A stretch of DNA of 64,000 nucleotides from a virus: positions 1 to 64,000 of IMG/VR virus record IMGVR_UViG_3300035682_000017; one strand, written 5' to 3'. The notes beneath the pieces were generated by a model. The model saw only the letters and a program-made list of their open reading frames with translations. It was not told where the DNA came from and made no database searches. Below are positions 54,134 to 64,000 of the stretch, one piece after another (the stretch's first letter is position 1; each line of letters opens with the position of its first letter). Both the position numbers and the translations under genes were made by a program.

Positions 54134-55993
54134 ATGGCAACTTTTAATCAAAAAGATATAGCTTCTACTTTGCAACCTAGCAAACCTAACTTGCAGTTTG
54201 ACTTGCAGTTACTACAAGCTAAGGAAAGTTTGTATAAGGCTAACAAAAAAAAAGTTAGTGAGCTTTACGGTTCTATTTTAGATTCTGATGTTACAAGAAC
54301 AGACAGTCAAGAAAAAAAAGATGAGTTCTTCAAACAAATTTCTTCTGATATAAAATTACTTGGTAGTGTGGATTTCTCATTGGATTCAAATGTTGATGAG
54401 GCAAAAAATATGTTCAAATCTATTTATACAAATAAACAGGTTTTGAAAGATATGGTCTGGACAGAAAACTTTAAAAACCAATTACAAGCTGGTCAAAATT
54501 TAAAAGGATGTATAGATCCAAAAAAATGCAACGGTCAATGGTGGGAAGAAGGTGATAAATACATGGCTTATAAAAAACAAGAATTTATAAATGCCAGTAA
54601 AGGAGACATGCTAAATTTTTCTGATGTAGAATATGTTCCATATATAGACATTACTGCTAAAGGATTAAACATTGCTAAAGAAAAAAAAATTAGTGTTAAA
54701 AAAGATAAAGTAGTTGGTAATTATATTGTTACAACTACCAATGGAGTAAACGGAATTTCTGCATATACTGCTTTATTTGGTGCATCAATTGGAAGTGATC
54801 CTTCTGTAAAAGCAATGTATAAAGCTAAGTCTTATGTAGATAGAATGGATGGTGTTTACTCACTTATGCAAAACGGAGAAGCTGCATCATTTGAAGAAGC
54901 TCAAGTAAAGTTTTATGAAACAAAGAGTGAGGAGCTTGATCAAAAATTACAAGAGAAAGCGGATGTTCTTAATGTGGAAAGAGATTATCTAAAAGAAAAA
55001 GTTGATGAGTATGAAACTGCATATAAGAATGGAAAGTTAAAAGAAAATACACCTGAATGGGAAAAAGCATTGGAGGTAAAAGAACTATATGCTAATTCTT
55101 TACGTATTGAAGAATATTTTGACTTAGCTGATAATGCAAAATTAAATATGAACAGGCAGTCTAATTTAAACTTCTTAAATGAAAGTTATGATACAAGAGC
55201 TGGTATTAATTTAATGTTTGATGATATTACTAAAGTTGCTTCCGCAATTTCAAATGCAAGTGAGGAAACAGAATTAACAGAGTCAAAATTTGCTTTAGAG
55301 AAAATGAAATTTAATAATGATGTTTCTTTAGAACAAACAAAACTTGCTAATAAAAAGAATTACGCATTATGGAAAAAAGAAAACAACATTACTGATAGTG
55401 ATGGAGATGGAGATGGAACAACTCCTGCTAAAGAAGAAAAAGCTAAAAATGATAGAGCTGCAGTTGCTAATAAAGCAGATGCGGCAAAAAATCTTGTTTC
55501 TTCTTTTAGTTTACAAGATGAAGTTAAAAAACAATATAAAGATATATATGGTTCTGATTTACCAGCTGACACAAAAGGTTTTCAAGCAGGTTCTCCTGAA
55601 GTAAAAGCTTATAAAAAAGCAGTTAAGGCTGCTAAAAATGAACTTATTAAATTAAAACGTGAGGCTAATGATGTAATTATAAATAGTAAAAAAAGAACTA
55701 TGCCTTTACCATATCCTGAAGCTGTAACTCAATCTCAACTTTATTCGACATCTAATATTTTAAGTGATGATCAAGTAGATCAAGTTACAAACTGGATGCA
55801 AAAATCAAATCTTTTAAATTCTGAAGGAACGCCTGTTGGAAAAATTGGTAAAAACTTTATGGGTTTATTAGAAAACGGTGATTTTAATAAATACTTTACA
55901 CAAGGACTTACTATTTATGGATTGTGGAATATTTATAAAAAGAAAGGTGATTTGCAAGATGTAAAAGATTATTTAGGAGAAGAAGAAGAATAA
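54134..55993 (+). CDS. Internal virion (cargo) protein
   Basis: 619 aa, helical and charged; cargo gene context. Confidence 0.65.
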   Translation: MATFNQKDIASTLQPSKPNLQFDLQLLQAKESLYKANKKKVSELYGSILDSDVTRTDSQEKKDEFFKQISSDIKLLGSVDFSLDSNVDEAKNMFKSIYTNKQVLKDMVWTENFKNQLQAGQNLKGCIDPKKCNGQWWEEGDKYMAYKKQEFINASKGDMLNFSDVEYVPYIDITAKGLNIAKEKKISVKKDKVVGNYIVTTTNGVNGISAYTALFGASIGSDPSVKAMYKAKSYVDRMDGVYSLMQNGEAASFEEAQVKFYETKSEELDQKLQEKADVLNVERDYLKEKVDEYETAYKNGKLKENTPEWEKALEVKELYANSLRIEEYFDLADNAKLNMNRQSNLNFLNESYDTRAGINLMFDDITKVASAISNASEETELTESKFALEKMKFNNDVSLEQTKLANKKNYALWKKENNITDSDGDGDGTTPAKEEKAKNDRAAVANKADAAKNLVSSFSLQDEVKKQYKDIYGSDLPADTKGFQAGSPEVKAYKKAVKAAKNELIKLKREANDVIINSKKRTMPLPYPEAVTQSQLYSTSNILSDDQVDQVTNWMQKSNLLNSEGTPVGKIGKNFMGLLENGDFNKYFTQGLTIYGLWNIYKKKGDLQDVKDYLGEEEE

Positions 55994-56015
55994 ATAACAA
56001 TTAAAATATTATAAA

Positions 56016-58172
56016 ATGACTGATTTTTTAAAACGTGTGCAACAAAGAATTTCTGAAAAAAATGAAGGTTCTATACCAACACCAGCAGTTTCTAGTTCTA
56101 AGCCAGCAGTTTCTACAGCAACTGTTTCTACTGCATCAGCAACATCAAATAAACCTGTTGTAAAATCAGATTGGCTTAAAGATGTACAACCATTAGCAGA
56201 TCAATTAAAAACTGGTTTAAATTATGAAGAACATGGTTACATTATGCGTGCTTATTCAGGTAGGTATGATGGTATAGCTAATGATCCAAATACAGATGCT
56301 GAATTAAAAAAAACATTAAAGGCTTTAAAACATGGTGCTGTAACTCTTGCTGCTGGATTAAAAACAAAAAATGATAAACTCTACCAACAAGGTGCTTCTG
56401 AAACATTTAATAATTGGCAGAAAGTACAAGAGTTAACTGTTAATGAAAACTCTGCATATAAAGTTGAATCAGATAATTTTAAATTATCAACTAAAAATCA
56501 AGCTGCAAAAAATAATGAACATCCTGTTTTTTATACAGACAAGCAAGGTAATGTTGAATCTACAGTTAAAATTACTGGAGAAGATAATATTAATAAAGAA
56601 ATTTCTTGGTCTTATTTTTCACAAAAAGGAATGAATAACAGATGGCAAAGTAGTATTAAAAATCAAATTAAACCTGTATTAACTAATTGGTATGATCAAT
56701 CAACAAAATCACTTTACGGAAAGAGTGTAAATGCTGATGATAAATATAATGCCTATAATTTAAGTAAAGATTTACTTCAACATATTGCAGAACATGGAGA
56801 TGAGAATAAAGAAAATAAAAAAGAAGCAAATGCAATTATAAAACAAATGTGGAAAGAGAAAACCATTGAAGGTAAAATTGAAGTTATTAAAAATAATAGA
56901 GCTGCAATTAAAGAACTTTCTGGAAAACTTGGATACTATGGTTCCACTTCTATATATAATAGACACGTTGATAAACTTAAAACAAAAGAGTTATATCATT
57001 CAGATGATTTAGACAATATCAAAGAATCAATCAATGGCTATAGTGAATTTAAAAATTTTGATAAAAAAGTAAAAGCTGATGTTGCAACAAGATTAAAAAA
57101 TTCTAATCCAAATGGAGATCCTGCATTTAATTATTTATTTAATGAAGACAATAATTTAAGATCATATTCAGAGTTTAAAAAATTATATTACAATAAAATT
57201 CCATTAGATAAACTTACAGATGCTGGATACAACGTACAATATGCTTCTCAACAAACATATGATGCTGCTTATAACGAAGCTTCTGCAAAAACATATTCTG
57301 AACTTACAAAACAATACAGGCTTGGTTATAACAATGTTGATATAAAAAACTTTAGCAATGATACCTTTTATGTTAATGGTATTGGTAATGAAGTTGTAAA
57401 AATTGGAGGATATGAAAGTATTGATTTTACTTTAAGAGGTGATAACAAAACTATTAAAAACATTGGTAAATCAAACAAACAAAACTATGCTCAAAATGTT
57501 TTAAATAAAATTTTTGATGTAGATGGTAATCTTGAAAAAGATGTTGTAATTAAAAAAGATGTAGATGGTAATTTTGAAAGATACTTTGATTATGAATCAT
57601 CAACAAAAGATAAAGTTGGTTCTTCTGGAAAACCTACTGCTAAAAATTTAAAAGAAGCTTTTAATGAAGGTAGTCGTGCTGCATATTCAGAACCGCAAGA
57701 CATGGATGTGTTTAAATCTTATTTTAAAAATCCAAGACCTGATGTTGACATTTTATTTATTAAGCATACTGGTAATCAAAATTATTCTTCTTATGTTATA
57801 AAAGATAGAAAGACAAAAGAAACTTTACAAATGTATGTTCCAAAAAGTAGATTAAAAGATGACTACTTTTTTAAGAATACAGACATAGATAAATTTGAAC
57901 ATAATTTTAGAATTACCGGTGAAAAAGTTTTGCCAGAAATTAAAGATAAAAGACCAGATGGCTCTGATATTTTTATGGGCCAGCCTTCTATTTCTATTAA
58001 CAATAAAAAAGGTACAAAAGAACTGCATTATACACTTGTTAATGATGAAGGAAAACCTGTTGATAAAGTGGTTACACTTGGATCAAATGAATCTATAAAC
58101 ATTAAAGAGGCTAATGATTATGCTAAAAAAAGATTAGCTGAAATTGTTAATTACTATAATACCAACAATTAA
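56016..58172 (+). CDS. Internal virion (cargo) protein
   Basis: 718 aa; K/N/D-rich; cargo gene context. Confidence 0.65.
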   Translation: MTDFLKRVQQRISEKNEGSIPTPAVSSSKPAVSTATVSTASATSNKPVVKSDWLKDVQPLADQLKTGLNYEEHGYIMRAYSGRYDGIANDPNTDAELKKTLKALKHGAVTLAAGLKTKNDKLYQQGASETFNNWQKVQELTVNENSAYKVESDNFKLSTKNQAAKNNEHPVFYTDKQGNVESTVKITGEDNINKEISWSYFSQKGMNNRWQSSIKNQIKPVLTNWYDQSTKSLYGKSVNADDKYNAYNLSKDLLQHIAEHGDENKENKKEANAIIKQMWKEKTIEGKIEVIKNNRAAIKELSGKLGYYGSTSIYNRHVDKLKTKELYHSDDLDNIKESINGYSEFKNFDKKVKADVATRLKNSNPNGDPAFNYLFNEDNNLRSYSEFKKLYYNKIPLDKLTDAGYNVQYASQQTYDAAYNEASAKTYSELTKQYRLGYNNVDIKNFSNDTFYVNGIGNEVVKIGGYESIDFTLRGDNKTIKNIGKSNKQNYAQNVLNKIFDVDGNLEKDVVIKKDVDGNFERYFDYESSTKDKVGSSGKPTAKNLKEAFNEGSRAAYSEPQDMDVFKSYFKNPRPDVDILFIKHTGNQNYSSYVIKDRKTKETLQMYVPKSRLKDDYFFKNTDIDKFEHNFRITGEKVLPEIKDKRPDGSDIFMGQPSISINNKKGTKELHYTLVNDEGKPVDKVVTLGSNESINIKEANDYAKKRLAEIVNYYNTNN

Positions 58173-58183
58173 AATTTTTTAAA

Positions 58184-61100
58184 ATGGCAAATGAAATAAA
58201 TCCAGGTAAACCTAAAAAAAAAGTTGACTCTTCTGAATTAGCAGACAAACAAGCATCTATAGCAACCGGTAAAGAACTTGGAAAATTAAGAGAGGGTAAT
58301 TTTAAAAATGCTATGCAAGGTGGTCAAGTAAGTGCTACTAAAGTTGGTGTTGATAGATTTATTACTTACGGAAGTAAGACTTTTGGAAAATTAGGATTTG
58401 ATCCAAATAGAGATAATGCTGAATTTTATAACAACCGAACTTCTACTAGTGATGAAATGTGGAGAAGTGTTAAAGGTGCTTGGAATTTAGCAGGTGTTGG
58501 TTTTCAAGATAGTATTTTTCTAGGTGCAGTTTCTGATAAAAATTCTTCTCAAAAGTTTTCAGACATCATGGCTGATTACCAAGTTGATGAAAGAAGAGGT
58601 AACACTGCATTTTGGGGAAACACTATTACTTCTGCTGGATATACTGCTGGTATTATTGGAGCTATTGCTATTGAAGAAATTGGATTAGGTATTGCTACTG
58701 GAGGTTTAGGATTACTTGGTTCTGGTGGTATTATTGGAAGAGGTGTAGATAATATCTTTACAGGTTTAGGTAAAAGTAAACTTGCTAAAGTTGCTGGTGG
58801 TGGTAGAACTCATATTGAAATGATGGAAGGCCTTGCTGAAGTTGAAAGAGCAAGAGAAGCTTATGACAGTTATAGCAAGTTAAAAAAAGTTGGACTTAGT
58901 TTAGGTGAGTTTGGTAAAGACATTGCAAAAGGTTTAAATCCTATTGGTAATACTGCTGGGTTTTTAAAAGACCTAGAAAAAATGAATGATGTTAACGGCT
59001 TTGTTAAAATGGCAAATGGAGCTGGAGCTTTATACAGAGATGCTAGAAAGTTTACTATGACTCATAGTGAATCTAAACTAGAAGCTGAAATGAACTCAAA
59101 AGAATTTTTTAATAAAGAACTTGATGCACTATATAAAAAGAATCCTGGTGCAGAAATATCCGAATTAGATCTTGAAGATTTAAAATCTAAAACTCAAAAT
59201 GTTTTTGAAAAAACTTACAACGCCAACTTTGCTTTAATCTATGCAACAACTGCAATTGCTTTTGATAATGTTTTCCGTAACTTAAAGTTTAATCAGAATT
59301 GGTTAAAATCTGCAGAAGCTGGTAAAAACTCTATGAGAAATATAGGTAAGTCTTCGGCTGAATTTGTAACAGAAAACTTAGGAATTAATTTATCAAGAGG
59401 TTTAAAAAATTATGCTAAACGTACATTTTCTATTGGAGGATTAACTAGAGCCACTTTAGGAAATATTGCAGAAGGTTACCAGGAATTACAACAAGATGGT
59501 ATTTCAACTAGTGCTGTTAGTTTTGCTAAAAGAAGTAAGGTAACAAAACAAACTGAAGGTAACTATTTTACAAATCTATACAATGAGTTAGCAGACAATT
59601 TTGATTTTGTTGCTAATGGATTAGAGTATAAATTTATTCCTAAAACAGGAAGAGAATTAAGTACGTTTTTATCTGGTGCTTTTATGGGTGTAATTGCTTC
59701 TCCAGTTTCTATGGTTACGCAAGGTGCTCAAAAACTCACACTAGGAAAAGGATACAAATCTTTTTCTAAATCTTACAGAGAAGAACAAGCTAAATCAAAT
59801 AGTAAAAATCAAGCAATTGCTAAAGTTCTTAACATGACCTTTAGAGAAAATCTTGATAAAGCTTACGATGTAGTTAACAAGCCTTTATTTACACAGATAG
59901 AACTTCAAGAAAAAATTCTTGAGGCTGTTGAAAAAGGAGATACAAAAGCATTAGAAGATTTAAAAGATGCTACTTTTGCTGTGCAAGCAAACATGTTGTT
60001 AGAAACAAATGCAGATGAGGATTTTGCTGAACATTTAGATCAAGCTGCTTCAAAACTTAATGATTCAGAATTAGCAGAATTTTTAGGAAGAACTAACATT
60101 GATGCAGAGAACTCTTCTAAAGTGCGTAAGGTTTTAAAAGATAAGGCAACTACTCTTAAAAAATTAAGAGCTGTTAAAAATGAAATTGATGCTAATGTAG
60201 TTTCTCCAATTAATCCAAATCTTTTAAATAAGAAGGATCCAGAGTATGCTCAAAAATATCACACATACCAGGCGTTTCAATCATTGAAAAAAGAGTTGTT
60301 ATATTCTCATGCTGCTATTTTGCAAAATGTAAATAGAACAGAAGGAATTAGAAGTAAACTTTTAGATAACTCAAAAAATATAAATTTTAGTTCATTTGAA
60401 GTAGAAGCGTTATTAAGTAGTGCTGATTTAAAATCACAAGTTGAGTTATTAAAAACTGAAATAGAATCAGTTAAATCTATTGGTTCTAGTAGACCTGAAT
60501 CTAAAAAAGAATTAGAAGTTTTAGAAAAAAAACTTGTGGCTTATACAGAGTATCAAAAAGCATATGAGAAATTAAAAACAACTAAGGATTCAAATTCGGA
60601 AGAATATGCAGATAGTGTAGATGCTGTACAAGAAGCTTTTCAAAATGTTGCTAAAGCATATAATGAAAGAACTACAAATAGATTCTTAGAAGTTGAAGGT
60701 ATGTCTACAGACATTGTTGATTACTTAACTTTAGGTGAAGAAAGAGATGCTTTACAACAACATGTAAACCTTTTAACAAATAAAGATTACGCTTTCAATT
60801 TTATTACAGAAGCTGAAAAACAAAATAAAAAAGCTTTAGCAAATCTTCAAAATCATATTGAAGATTCATTAAATGAATTTGATAAAAGAAAAGCTGCTAA
60901 TACCATGATGAAAATATTATCTGAAAAAGGAATAATATTTGACATGAATGAAATTGATGACTTATTTGAAAAAGGAATAATGCCATCAAAAATTTATGAT
61001 ATAGCAAAAAATAGTTTTGCTAATTCAAAACAAGTAGCAGAAGCACAAACCATTATTAGTTCTATTTATAAAAACCTTACAGGTAAAAGTATTTTAAATG

Positions 61101-64000
61101 ATAAATCTAAAATAACAAGAGCTGGTTCTCAAAGAGCTGACAATGATACTAGAACTGTTAAAAATATCATTAAAGAATATGGTCTTAAAATGGATGAAGA
61201 CATTGATTTGTCTACTCCAGCTGGTAAAAGAATTATTAAAAAAGTTCTAAATTCAAATAAGTTAAGAGCAACAGATGTTGAAATATTAAATGAACTTCTT
61301 GAAAAAGGTGGTATAATTAAATTTGTTACTAATGCTGAATTGCCAATTACTTTTGAGAAAGGTGTTACAACTATTGATTTAAGATTTGCTGGAGCTGATT
61401 ACAAAGGAACCACTTTATCTTTTGAAGGATTATTTACAACAGCATTACTTCAGGATAAAGTTGCTAGAAGAATTACAACTGATTCTGAATTTGCAGGTGA
61501 GGTAACGCAGTTAATGCAACAAACTAAACAATCACTCATAGATAAAGATCAAAGTGCACCAGCAGCTTTCTTTACGGATCCTGTGTTGTTTCTAGTTGAA
61601 GCTATGAACAATAGAGCTTTGCAACGTGAAATGCAATCTATTAAAGATGACACACAAGTTTCAGAAAAAAGTATTTGGGCTTCCATGGCTGCGTTAATCA
61701 AACGTATAATTAAAAGCACTTTAGCAAATGATACTCTACTTGAGAGAGCAGTTTACTTAACTAAGACCGCAACTTCAGATGGAGAACTTATTAAAGTTGA
61801 GGCAAAAAATGAAGAGGAATCTGCTGTAGAAACTGAACAAGAAGTTCAACAAGAAGAACCTACAACTGAAACTGAACTTGGTTTTGAAACAGATCCTGTT
61901 CTTGATTTAGAAAATAGAATTGATCAACTTAAAGTTGAATTGGCAGTATATGAAAATGAATTACGTAAAGTAAATAAACTTACTTCATTTAGAAAGTACT
62001 CCCAGCTTCAAAAGAAAATAGCTGGTTTAAATATAATGATTAATGATTTATCTGTTGAATTAAATGATCTTGTACCTGCAGAAGTTGTTGATAAACCAAA
62101 ACCATTTTCTCCAGTTAATAGAGTAGCGGATGAAGATCAGTATGGAAATATTATTCTAAATGAGAATGCTCCATTAAATGCTTTTCCAAAAGACATACTT
62201 AATGAACTTTCTAATATCTATGGTAAAGATGTTACTACTTTAAAAGATTATGAGGAAGAAGAATTAAGAAAACTTATATCTCAACATCCTTTAATTATTA
62301 AAATATTGAAAGCTCACAATGATGATGTCTATTCAATAGCAGATGAGTATGCTATTCTTACTAGCAATGAACAGGCTATGGAAGAAGGCAAACTTCTTGC
62401 TGAAAAAAGAGCAGCTGCACGTGAAAAAAGTATTCAAGACAACAAAGAAGAAGCACGTAAAAATGCAACTTTACAAGAAGACATGACACCAAAAGATATA
62501 CTTTGGTTTAAGTTTGAACAAGCAGGTTTGTCTACAGATAATTTAAGATTGTTAACTGACAAGCAAGCTGAAACTCTCTTTGTTAAAGTGCGTGCAAAAG
62601 AACTTGATCTTAATGATGTATTTAAGTTTGTTGAAAAGAAAAAACTTTTAAAAGACCAAAGAGCTACTAAAAAGTTTCAAAAAGAATTAGACTTATTAAT
62701 TACTAATGAGCAAGAAGATTTAGATAAGCAAAAAGAAAAAGAAGAGGCTCTTCAAAAAATAATTGATGAAAACAGAAAATTATTATCAGGTAAAAACATT
62801 AGAAGACGTAAAAAGATTTCTGAAAATAGATCAAAAGTTGTAAAAACAAATGTTCCAAAATCACATATTTTATTTTATGAAACATACTTTCCAGAAGTTT
62901 TACTTATTGAAGATGAAATTAAATTTATTGAATTTATAAACAATGTTATTAAAGCAAGAGTTAACAATGGTAGAGTAAAAGCTAAAGCTGCATCTTTTTC
63001 AAAAAACAAAAATGAAGCATTAAATCAACTTGTAGATTTATTTATTGAACTTGATCACGCTAAAGAATTATTTCCTACAGTTGCAAATACAATTAATAAA
63101 CAACTACGCGCATCTAATTTACCATATAGAATTACTATGACTCCTACTAATAAAGGTGAACAACTGGTTGGTAGTATGTATAAAATTAGACACGTAGGTG
63201 ATATTAAAAAAAGAATTTCTAAACCTAAAAGAATACTAGGAGTTAATGATATTTTTAACTATTCTCAAAAAAGAGAGTTTGTTAAAAGTTATTTACCTAC
63301 AAATCTTAATGGAGAAGCTGCAGTTGAATTAGCAGTTATTCAATGGTTTTTAAATGGTGGTCGCGTTAGTTCTGAATTTATAACTTCTCAAGTTGGTTCA
63401 GATTCTTCAGAGTTAAAAGCTAAAAAATCATTAATTAGTGCTAATGGTAAAAATAGATTGGATACAATCTTAGATGATTATATAGATATTTTAGATGTTG
63501 ACATTACAGAAAATGTTGCAATTTCTTTGTTAAATGATTACAGCACCATTAAAGAAATGGTTGAAGGAATGTTTGATGCTATTAAAGCTAACATTGATTC
63601 TGAAGAAAATCAACAAGGTGGTTCTGAAGATGAAAATTGGAATAACTTTATTAATTCTGAAGAGGGATCTGATTTCTTAAAAGATATGTATGAAGATGCT
63701 AGTACTTATGAAAAAGAAGAACTCAACTTACTTGAATTTTATGCAAGCCCTGAAGGTAAAAAATATACAGATGCCTACAATAAAAATGTAGAATCTTATT
63801 ACAATTCCACATTATTTCAAATTGAAATGGGTGCTTTTGAAGGAGATCCTAACACTTTAGAGGGTGCGGAAAGAGAAGCTTACATGACGGCTGTAAAAGA
63901 AAATCGTTATGAAAACAAGTTAAACCAGGATGAGAATACTGATGATACTGAAGATGTTTCACAAAAACCAAAAAAGGAAACTGCTGAAACTAAAGATGCA
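58184..64000 (+). CDS. Giant internal/ejected protein, partial (>=1939 aa)
   Basis: ATG at 58184 (MANEINPGKPKKK); same frame at the window end (...QKPKKETAETKDA) and no stop in the parts translated; Gly-rich hydrophobic segment near the N-terminus; EGYQE motif. Missing from the track, presumably because it has no stop codon. Confidence 0.85.
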   Translation, partial: MANEINPGKPKKKVDSSELADKQASIATGKELGKLREGNFKNAMQGGQVSATKVGVDRFITYGSKTFGKLGFDPNRDNAEFYNNRTSTSDEMWRSVKGAWNLAGVGFQDSIFLGAVSDKNSSQKFSDIMADYQVDERRGNTAFWGNTITSAGYTAGIIGAIAIEEIGLGIATGGLGLLGSGGIIGRGVDNIFTGLGKSKLAKVAGGGRTHIEMMEGLAEVERAREAYDSYSKLKKVGLSLGEFGKDIAKGLNPIGNTAGFLKDLEKMNDVNGFVKMANGAGALYRDARKFTMTHSESKLEAEMNSKEFFNKELDALYKKNPGAEISELDLEDLKSKTQNVFEKTYNANFALIYATTAIAFDNVFRNLKFNQNWLKSAEAGKNSMRNIGKSSAEFVTENLGINLSRGLKNYAKRTFSIGGLTRATLGNIAEGYQELQQDGISTSAVSFAKRSKVTKQTEGNYFTNLYNELADNFDFVANGLEYKFIPKTGRELSTFLSGAFMGVIASPVSMVTQGAQKLTLGKGYKSFSKSYREEQAKSNSKNQAIAKVLNMTFRENLDKAYDVVNKPLFTQIELQEKILEAVEKGDTKALEDLKDATFAVQANMLLETNADEDFAEHLDQAASKLNDSELAEFLGRTNIDAENSSKVRKVLKDKATTLKKLRAVKNEIDANVVSPINPNLLNKKDPEYAQKYHTYQAFQSLKKELLYSHAAILQNVNRTEGIRSKLLDNSKNINFSSFEVEALLSSADLKSQVELLKTEIESVKSIGSSRPESKKELEVLEKKLVAYTEYQKAYEKLKTTKDSNSEEYADSVDAVQEAFQNVAKAYNERTTNRFLEVEGMSTDIVDYLTLGEERDALQQHVNLLTNKDYAFNFITEAEKQNKKALANLQNHIEDSLNEFDKRKAANTMMKILSEKGIIFDMNEIDDLFEKGIMPSKIYDIAKNSFANSKQVAEAQTIISSIYKNLTGKSILNDKSKITRAGSQRADNDTRTVKNIIKEYGLKMDEDIDLSTPAGKRIIKKVLNSNKLRATDVEILNELLEKGGIIKFVTNAELPITFEKGVTTIDLRFAGADYKGTTLSFEGLFTTALLQDKVARRITTDSEFAGEVTQLMQQTKQSLIDKDQSAPAAFFTDPVLFLVEAMNNRALQREMQSIKDDTQVSEKSIWASMAALIKRIIKSTLANDTLLERAVYLTKTATSDGELIKVEAKNEEESAVETEQEVQQEEPTTETELGFETDPVLDLENRIDQLKVELAVYENELRKVNKLTSFRKYSQLQKKIAGLNIMINDLSVELNDLVPAEVVDKPKPFSPVNRVADEDQYGNIILNENAPLNAFPKDILNELSNIYGKDVTTLKDYEEEELRKLISQHPLIIKILKAHNDDVYSIADEYAILTSNEQAMEEGKLLAEKRAAAREKSIQDNKEEARKNATLQEDMTPKDILWFKFEQAGLSTDNLRLLTDKQAETLFVKVRAKELDLNDVFKFVEKKKLLKDQRATKKFQKELDLLITNEQEDLDKQKEKEEALQKIIDENRKLLSGKNIRRRKKISENRSKVVKTNVPKSHILFYETYFPEVLLIEDEIKFIEFINNVIKARVNNGRVKAKAASFSKNKNEALNQLVDLFIELDHAKELFPTVANTINKQLRASNLPYRITMTPTNKGEQLVGSMYKIRHVGDIKKRISKPKRILGVNDIFNYSQKREFVKSYLPTNLNGEAAVELAVIQWFLNGGRVSSEFITSQVGSDSSELKAKKSLISANGKNRLDTILDDYIDILDVDITENVAISLLNDYSTIKEMVEGMFDAIKANIDSEENQQGGSEDENWNNFINSEEGSDFLKDMYEDASTYEKEELNLLEFYASPEGKKYTDAYNKNVESYYNSTLFQIEMGAFEGDPNTLEGAEREAYMTAVKENRYENKLNQDENTDDTEDVSQKPKKETAETKDA

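Noticed and set aside
6255-58098. Many short antisense or out-of-frame ORFs in the track (e.g. 6972..7409, 15367..15549, 35606..35878, 41605..41970, 52463..52780)
   Set aside because: They overlap well-supported long genes and have atypical composition; treated as shadows.
1-64000. Stop-codon reassignment (TAG or TGA), known in some Crassvirales
   Set aside because: Long genes are intact in the standard code, and TAG and TGA act as real stops (e.g. terL ends TAG; ATGA overlaps).

Overview
A very AT-rich 64-kb segment of a crAss-like (Crassvirales-type, podovirus) phage of Bacteroidota, read in the standard genetic code, with no Shine-Dalgarno sites and A/T-rich start contexts. 1-4050 is a minus-strand block of small, probably early genes preceded by five copies of a hairpin plus ATTTAG element. 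4090-4540 is a structured divergence region. The rest is on the plus strand: a RepL-like gene, small accessory genes (GIY-YIG nuclease, a cluster of putative nucleotide-sponge anti-defence genes, GroES-like), a fibre plus lysis cassette, the packaging and capsid module (terminase, portal, major capsid protein), Cys-rich and collagen-like fibre genes, tail ring and muzzle proteins, and large internal (ejected) proteins. The last of these (58184 onward, >1900 aa) runs off the window. No tRNA, rRNA, CRISPR array, integrase or DNA polymerase was seen. The most notable unexplained signals are: (i) template-strand hairpin promoter candidates, (ii) a GG-motif-punctuated cargo protein containing an outer-membrane-like beta-barrel, (iii) a stand-alone micro-protein ending in a ribonucleotide-reductase CxxC tail, (iv) a candidate small RNA complementary to AACC-repeat leaders, (v) the sponge cluster. 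All family assignments come from motif recognition by eye, without database searches.
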